A DNA stretch of 11,895 bases from Tubiluchus corallicola (taxonomy: Eukaryota; Animalia; Priapulida): assembly GCA_030141605.1 (NCBI GenBank), contig JAQGDQ010000444.1, positions 1 to 11,895 on the forward strand. The letters run 5' to 3'. The translations under genes were made by a program, and so were the position numbers. Shown piece by piece: positions 8,452 to 11,895 of the stretch; positions within the stretch are counted from its first letter, which is position 1, and each line of letters begins with the position of its first letter. The notes under the pieces are model-generated. The model was not told the origin of the DNA. It made no database searches and was given only the letters and a program-made list of their open reading frames with translations.

Positions 8452-8569
8452 TTCAACAATATTCAATTCAAACATTTATTCATTCTATTCATAGTTCAAC
8501 ATTATTCAATTAATTCAAACATTTATTCTTATACAGCACTCATTCGGTATTTAACAATATTCAATTCAA
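8452..8569. repeat. Degenerate AT-rich direct repeats (TTCAACAATATTCAATTCAAACATTTATTC-like, two copies plus a partial third)
   Basis: Copies at 8452-8481, 8495-8528 and a partial copy at 8551-8569. Two contain minus-strand AATAAA (8475-8480, 8522-8527). Confidence 0.65.
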
Positions 8570-8588
8570 GATGTGTCTCCCCCCTCCT

Positions 8589-9044
8589 TTAATGAAGCAG
8601 GAATTCTCCGTTGTGAACTAAACCAAGTTGAAGTTGTCTTCCGTACCGTATTAATGCCTGGTATAGAGACTGGAAATTACTTATGGCAACGGCTTGCGAG
8701 ACGAACCTATGATGCCACATGTTTTCGATCTCTTGGTTCAATTGGCAAATCCATGTGGTATGGTACGTAGAAACTTCATGTGGTGGCATAGCTAGATTTG
8801 GACAATTCGGGTAGAAAAGCAAAATGTTCGTTAAAAGATTCAGTTCATATGGAGTCGGACGAACTGTCGACATAGCACAGGCGGCTTTAAATAATTCCTG
8901 AGTAACGCAATCAATGTCACTTAGTTCGTAAAGTATAGCAGAATCATCAAAATACAATCTAGCATTAACGGCGTTTGAGGTATATCGACAAAATTGTCTG
9001 ATGAGAGAGTATGTGAGAGTTTTAACACTAGGCAATTTAGTGGT
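8589..9044 (-). CDS. Orphan open reading frame of unknown function (possible exon, pseudogene or TE/virus-derived ORF)
   Basis: About 150 stop-free codons in AT-rich DNA with protein-like composition, followed by AATAAA about 60 nt downstream. The tracked start at 9035 is TTG, not ATG, and I recognise no domain. Confidence 0.3.
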   Translation of the reverse strand, partial: TTKLPSVKTLTYSLIRQFCRYTSNAVNARLYFDDSAILYELSDIDCVTQELFKAACAMSTVRPTPYELNLLTNILLFYPNCPNLAMPPHEVSTYHTTWICQLNQEIENMWHHRFVSQAVAISNFQSLYQALIRYGRQLQLGLVHNGEFLLH

Positions 9045-9551
9045 TCATCTTCAAAATAGCAGTAAATTTTAATGTATGAAGGTGTCACTGTCTGATCACT
9101 AACGAGGTTTTTAAGCACTATAATAGTTAATATAGTAACAGTCTGTGGAGCGAGGTATGACGTCATGCTGGATGCTGATCAATACACTTGCAGTTGTCAA
9201 GTGAAGGCAATATTTTCCAGATGCATAACATATGCTTTCCAAATGTATGACAGATTAATTTTCTACCGAATAAAATTACCGATTACCAAAGAAAACTTAT
9301 TCTTATACTAAAATACCCTTTTTGTGAATAATGAATATTTTTTTAATGAGTAATGAATATAACCTAAAGGCGTAAAATTAGTGCTGCGAGGGCATAATAA
9401 CTTAATAATTAATTAATTAATTGCAAATTAATAACTTGTAATTTGTGGACTATATTGCATTTGTATTTATATTTACTTCATTGGAAAAAAATATCTGTAC
9501 TTTAATGACAATTGTAAGATTTGGTGCGGAAATAAATAAACTTCTGAACTT

Positions 9552-9643
9552 TTTTAGAATTTTTTCAATCACAGATGTCAATGATAGTGGCCTATAATTA
9601 CTGACTTCATCTTTTACCTGCTTTATAAATTGGTGTGACATTT
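9552..9643 (-). mobile_element. Decayed non-LTR retrotransposon (CR1/L2/Jockey-type LINE) reverse-transcriptase fragment
   Basis: The minus strand reads NVTPIYKAGK-[frameshift]-DEVSNYRPLSLTSVIEKILKK. This matches the conserved V.PI.K.G....NYRPISLTSV..KI.E block at the start of LINE RT domains. The flanks show no further similarity by eye. Confidence 0.8.
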
Positions 9644-10259
9644 AAACTACCATATCTGCACTGAATATTTTAGATCCTTGCACATTAAACAAGATTAGCA
9701 TTGACCAGGTTCCGCATTTCAACATAGAACAAACTACAATATCAACCTGGGAGGTGGGGGGGGCAAACTTCTAGTTGAAATTTAAAGAAGTTTTTAGATC
9801 AAGTCAGATTATACTTAGGATCAACATAGCAAAAATAATATGCTGAACACAACAGTATAACAGTTTTAACAGTGATATCATGCAACAATTTATCTGTAAA
9901 TATTAACTTTTCATCTCTTGTAACAATATAGCGTTTATCCCGTTTCTGGTCTTTCTGCAATTCTTTTGTTATTTTTGAATATCATATAGATAAAAATCAG
10001 GATTAATATAGGACAATCTTTTGCCTTTAGAATGATTTTGGGCTTAAATGCTAGGTGGCTATTTAAACGATTTCACTCGTAAAATTTCTACAATGTGTTT
10101 TGCAACCATCTACTAGCTTGGTCACGAACGGTGGATTACTGCAGTTTTGTAAAAAATAAAAGGTAAATTTGATGGTTAATACAAAAGAACCGAAGTTTGA
10201 AATTGTGAAATTCGTGTGATGAAGCTCAAGCATTATTTGGTGTTTTTTTTTTATTATAT

Positions 10260-10570
10260 TGTTGCGGAGCCCTCCCCTGGGGGCTGCCAGGGGGTCGAGG
10301 GCCGCGAAGACGGCTGAGCAGTCAGCTTTCGTTGGCGCGCTTTGCATTCCACTAGGACGGAGTGCAGAGAAAGAAATACAAAAGATAAATAATCAGGTTC
10401 AAACTACGCCGTACCTACCCCAAACGACAATCCTGTTAAGCACTGAAAAGAGCAGCACACATGGTGGACGTGAGCACGACAGAGACGTAGTAACCTACGT
10501 GCTCACCGCTTTTATAGCAAGTGACCTTGCGCATGCGCAAAGTTAACCTTGACTAAGCGTGGTCGCAACA
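10260..10570 (-). repeat. Long terminal repeat (3' LTR, 311 bp)
   Basis: Perfect 7-bp terminal inverted repeats TGTTGCG (10260-10266) and CGCAACA (10564-10570). There is an abrupt GC rise at 10260, an internal TATAAAA on the minus strand and a directly abutting PPT. Confidence 0.85.
10510..10552 (-). promoter_or_regulatory. LTR U3 promoter: TATA box plus palindromic TTGCGCATGCGCAA and CAAGGT(C/T)A sites
   Basis: The minus strand reads TCAAGGTTA-AC-TTTGCGCATGCGCAAGGTCA-CTTGC-TATAAAA. TATA is at 10516-10510 and the 14-bp palindrome at 10527-10540. Confidence 0.6.
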
Positions 10571-10583
10571 CTACCCCCTTCTT
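10571..10583 (-). other. Polypurine tract (PPT)
   Basis: Minus-strand AAGAAGGGGGTAG lies immediately 5' of the LTR's TGTTGCG. Confidence 0.8.
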
Positions 10584-11701
10584 AGCCTCCATTTGTCCTC
10601 AAATGGACTATCCTCTCGCTCAAAGGGGCTAGCAGAATGACGAATTAGTCCACCATGCATCTAACTCCCTTCATTACCTAAGGAAACAAAAATCGGTACA
10701 GGCATTTCTTTATTTCACACCTAATCACGTACGTTACATAAATTTTGAATGTTCAAAGTAATCTTCATTACACAAGTCATCTGAAATATTAGATACAACC
10801 AAACTGATAATTACAATTCGTTTATAAAGCATAACGTACGTAAGAATAAGTCACATTTGTTCGTAAATCAGATAACAACCGAATTAATAGCTGTTACAAG
10901 TATGAGAAAAAAGGTTACCAACTAATGTTTACTGCTCCTTTAATGTAGCAAATAGAAAGTTAAATAGACGTAAATGAGTTTGCACCAAGTCAAACAAAAA
11001 CTAACTAATTATGCAAAGAAAATGAATAAATGAAATTATCCATTGGTCCTTCCCACAATCTAGTAATCAGGCGAAAGCAGACCAATCTGGCTAAGATACC
11101 CAATAACGACGGCGACAGGGCAAAGTAGGTACGGCTATGGCTACAAGAAATCAACAACGGGCAAATTAAAACGAGGTATTACTCAATGTTTCCACTGCAC
11201 TGCTTCAAGGTCAAGATCCTGAAACAAACTGCAGTTAAACTCTTGCAGAAGCAAAATTAAACAAATAAACGTTAAACACAACGCCAAAAAATTTATAAAG
11301 TTTCTCCATAAGAACATGTACTTAAGAACGTCGATTCTACAGAAATGACGATTTCACTCAATGCAGTCAGATTTGCGCTGTATTCAGCACTGAAACAAGA
11401 ATGTTTGAGAAACATCAATTGCCGAGATTACGTTTTAAAAGACAAGCGTACTCTTTTCAACATAAACAGGATTTCTTTTCCTTTTTAACTAACCATTAAA
11501 ATAACAGTAATTTCTTTCATACAAATTTCTTGTTAAATGGCAATAGAACAATTCACTAGGGAACAAAATAGCATAGCATTAACAATAATTACAAAAAAAA
11601 ACGAATAACAGCCCAGTCTCACGATCAACCACTGAAAGTCGTCAAGAGTGAGATTTGACTTTACCTTTAATCAACGAATACTTTACCAACGGGCTTCGAT
11701 C

Positions 11702-11895
11702 TCTGTCAGTCACGTCCACCGAGGGTACGATGGGCTAGGTGCTGCTGGTCTGTCAGTCACGTCCACCGAGGGTGCGATGGGCTAGGTGCTGCTGGTCTGT
11801 CAGTCACGTCCACCGAGGGTACGATGGGCTAGGTGCTGCTGGTCTGTCAGTCACGTCCACCGAGGGTGCGATGGGCTAGGTGCTGCTGGTCTGTC
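11702..11895 (+). repeat. GC-rich tandem array, 47-bp unit TCTGTCAGTCACGTCCACCGAGGGT(A/G)CGATGGGCTAGGTGCTGCTGG, 4 full copies plus a partial copy, truncated by the window edge
   Basis: Units start at 11702, 11749, 11796, 11843 and 11890. The only difference is at unit position 26, alternating A, G, A, G. Confidence 0.97.

Larger units (their letters stand above)
10260..11895 (-). mobile_element. 3' portion of an LTR retrotransposon, probably Ty3/gypsy; continues beyond the right edge
   Basis: Minus-strand order is non-coding internal region, hairpin TCCATTTG-AGGA-CAAATGGA (10607-10588, containing the TTGAGGACAA word often seen before gypsy PPTs), PPT, then a TG...CA LTR. The flank at 10256-10259 is ATAT, a plausible 4-bp target site. 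No gag/pol is in the window, so the superfamily and the rightward extent are inferred. Confidence 0.7.

Noticed and set aside
10063-10546. 94-aa and 95-aa ORFs
   Set aside because: They lie in or across the GC-rich LTR and show no gag/pol similarity.
10408-11135. 11-bp inverted match GCCGTACCTAC (10408-10418) / GTAGGTACGGC (11125-11135) as long-range pairing
   Set aside because: A single 11-bp match within about 1.6 kb is within chance expectation, and it does not extend.
11702-11895. 47-bp repeats as a CRISPR array or coding repeat
   Set aside because: There are no spacers, and the period is not divisible by 3.

Overview
AT-rich eukaryotic, most likely invertebrate, genomic DNA; the organism cannot be identified from this window. 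It holds two apparently intronless genes for Golgi-type (type II membrane) glycan-modifying enzymes, arranged head-to-head. One is a carbohydrate sulfotransferase of the HNK-1ST/CHST8-14 family on the minus strand (ATG at 904, running off the left edge), absent from the ORF track and found by manual translation. The other is a GT10 alpha-1,3/4-fucosyltransferase on the plus strand (4649..5923). The 3.7-kb spacer contains a 24 x 29-bp tandem array, other degenerate repeats, probable non-autonomous transposon DNA and a 68-nt near-perfect hairpin. The right half holds an orphan ORF, a short decayed LINE reverse-transcriptase fragment and the 3' end of a minus-strand Ty3/gypsy-like LTR retrotransposon. 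That element shows a 311-bp LTR with TGTTGCG...CGCAACA ends, a polypurine tract and a long non-coding internal region ending in a 47-bp tandem array. The best lead is the divergent sulfotransferase-fucosyltransferase pair as a possible mini-cluster for a sulfated fucoglycan; this is inference, not demonstrated. I found no CRISPR array, tRNA or rRNA.
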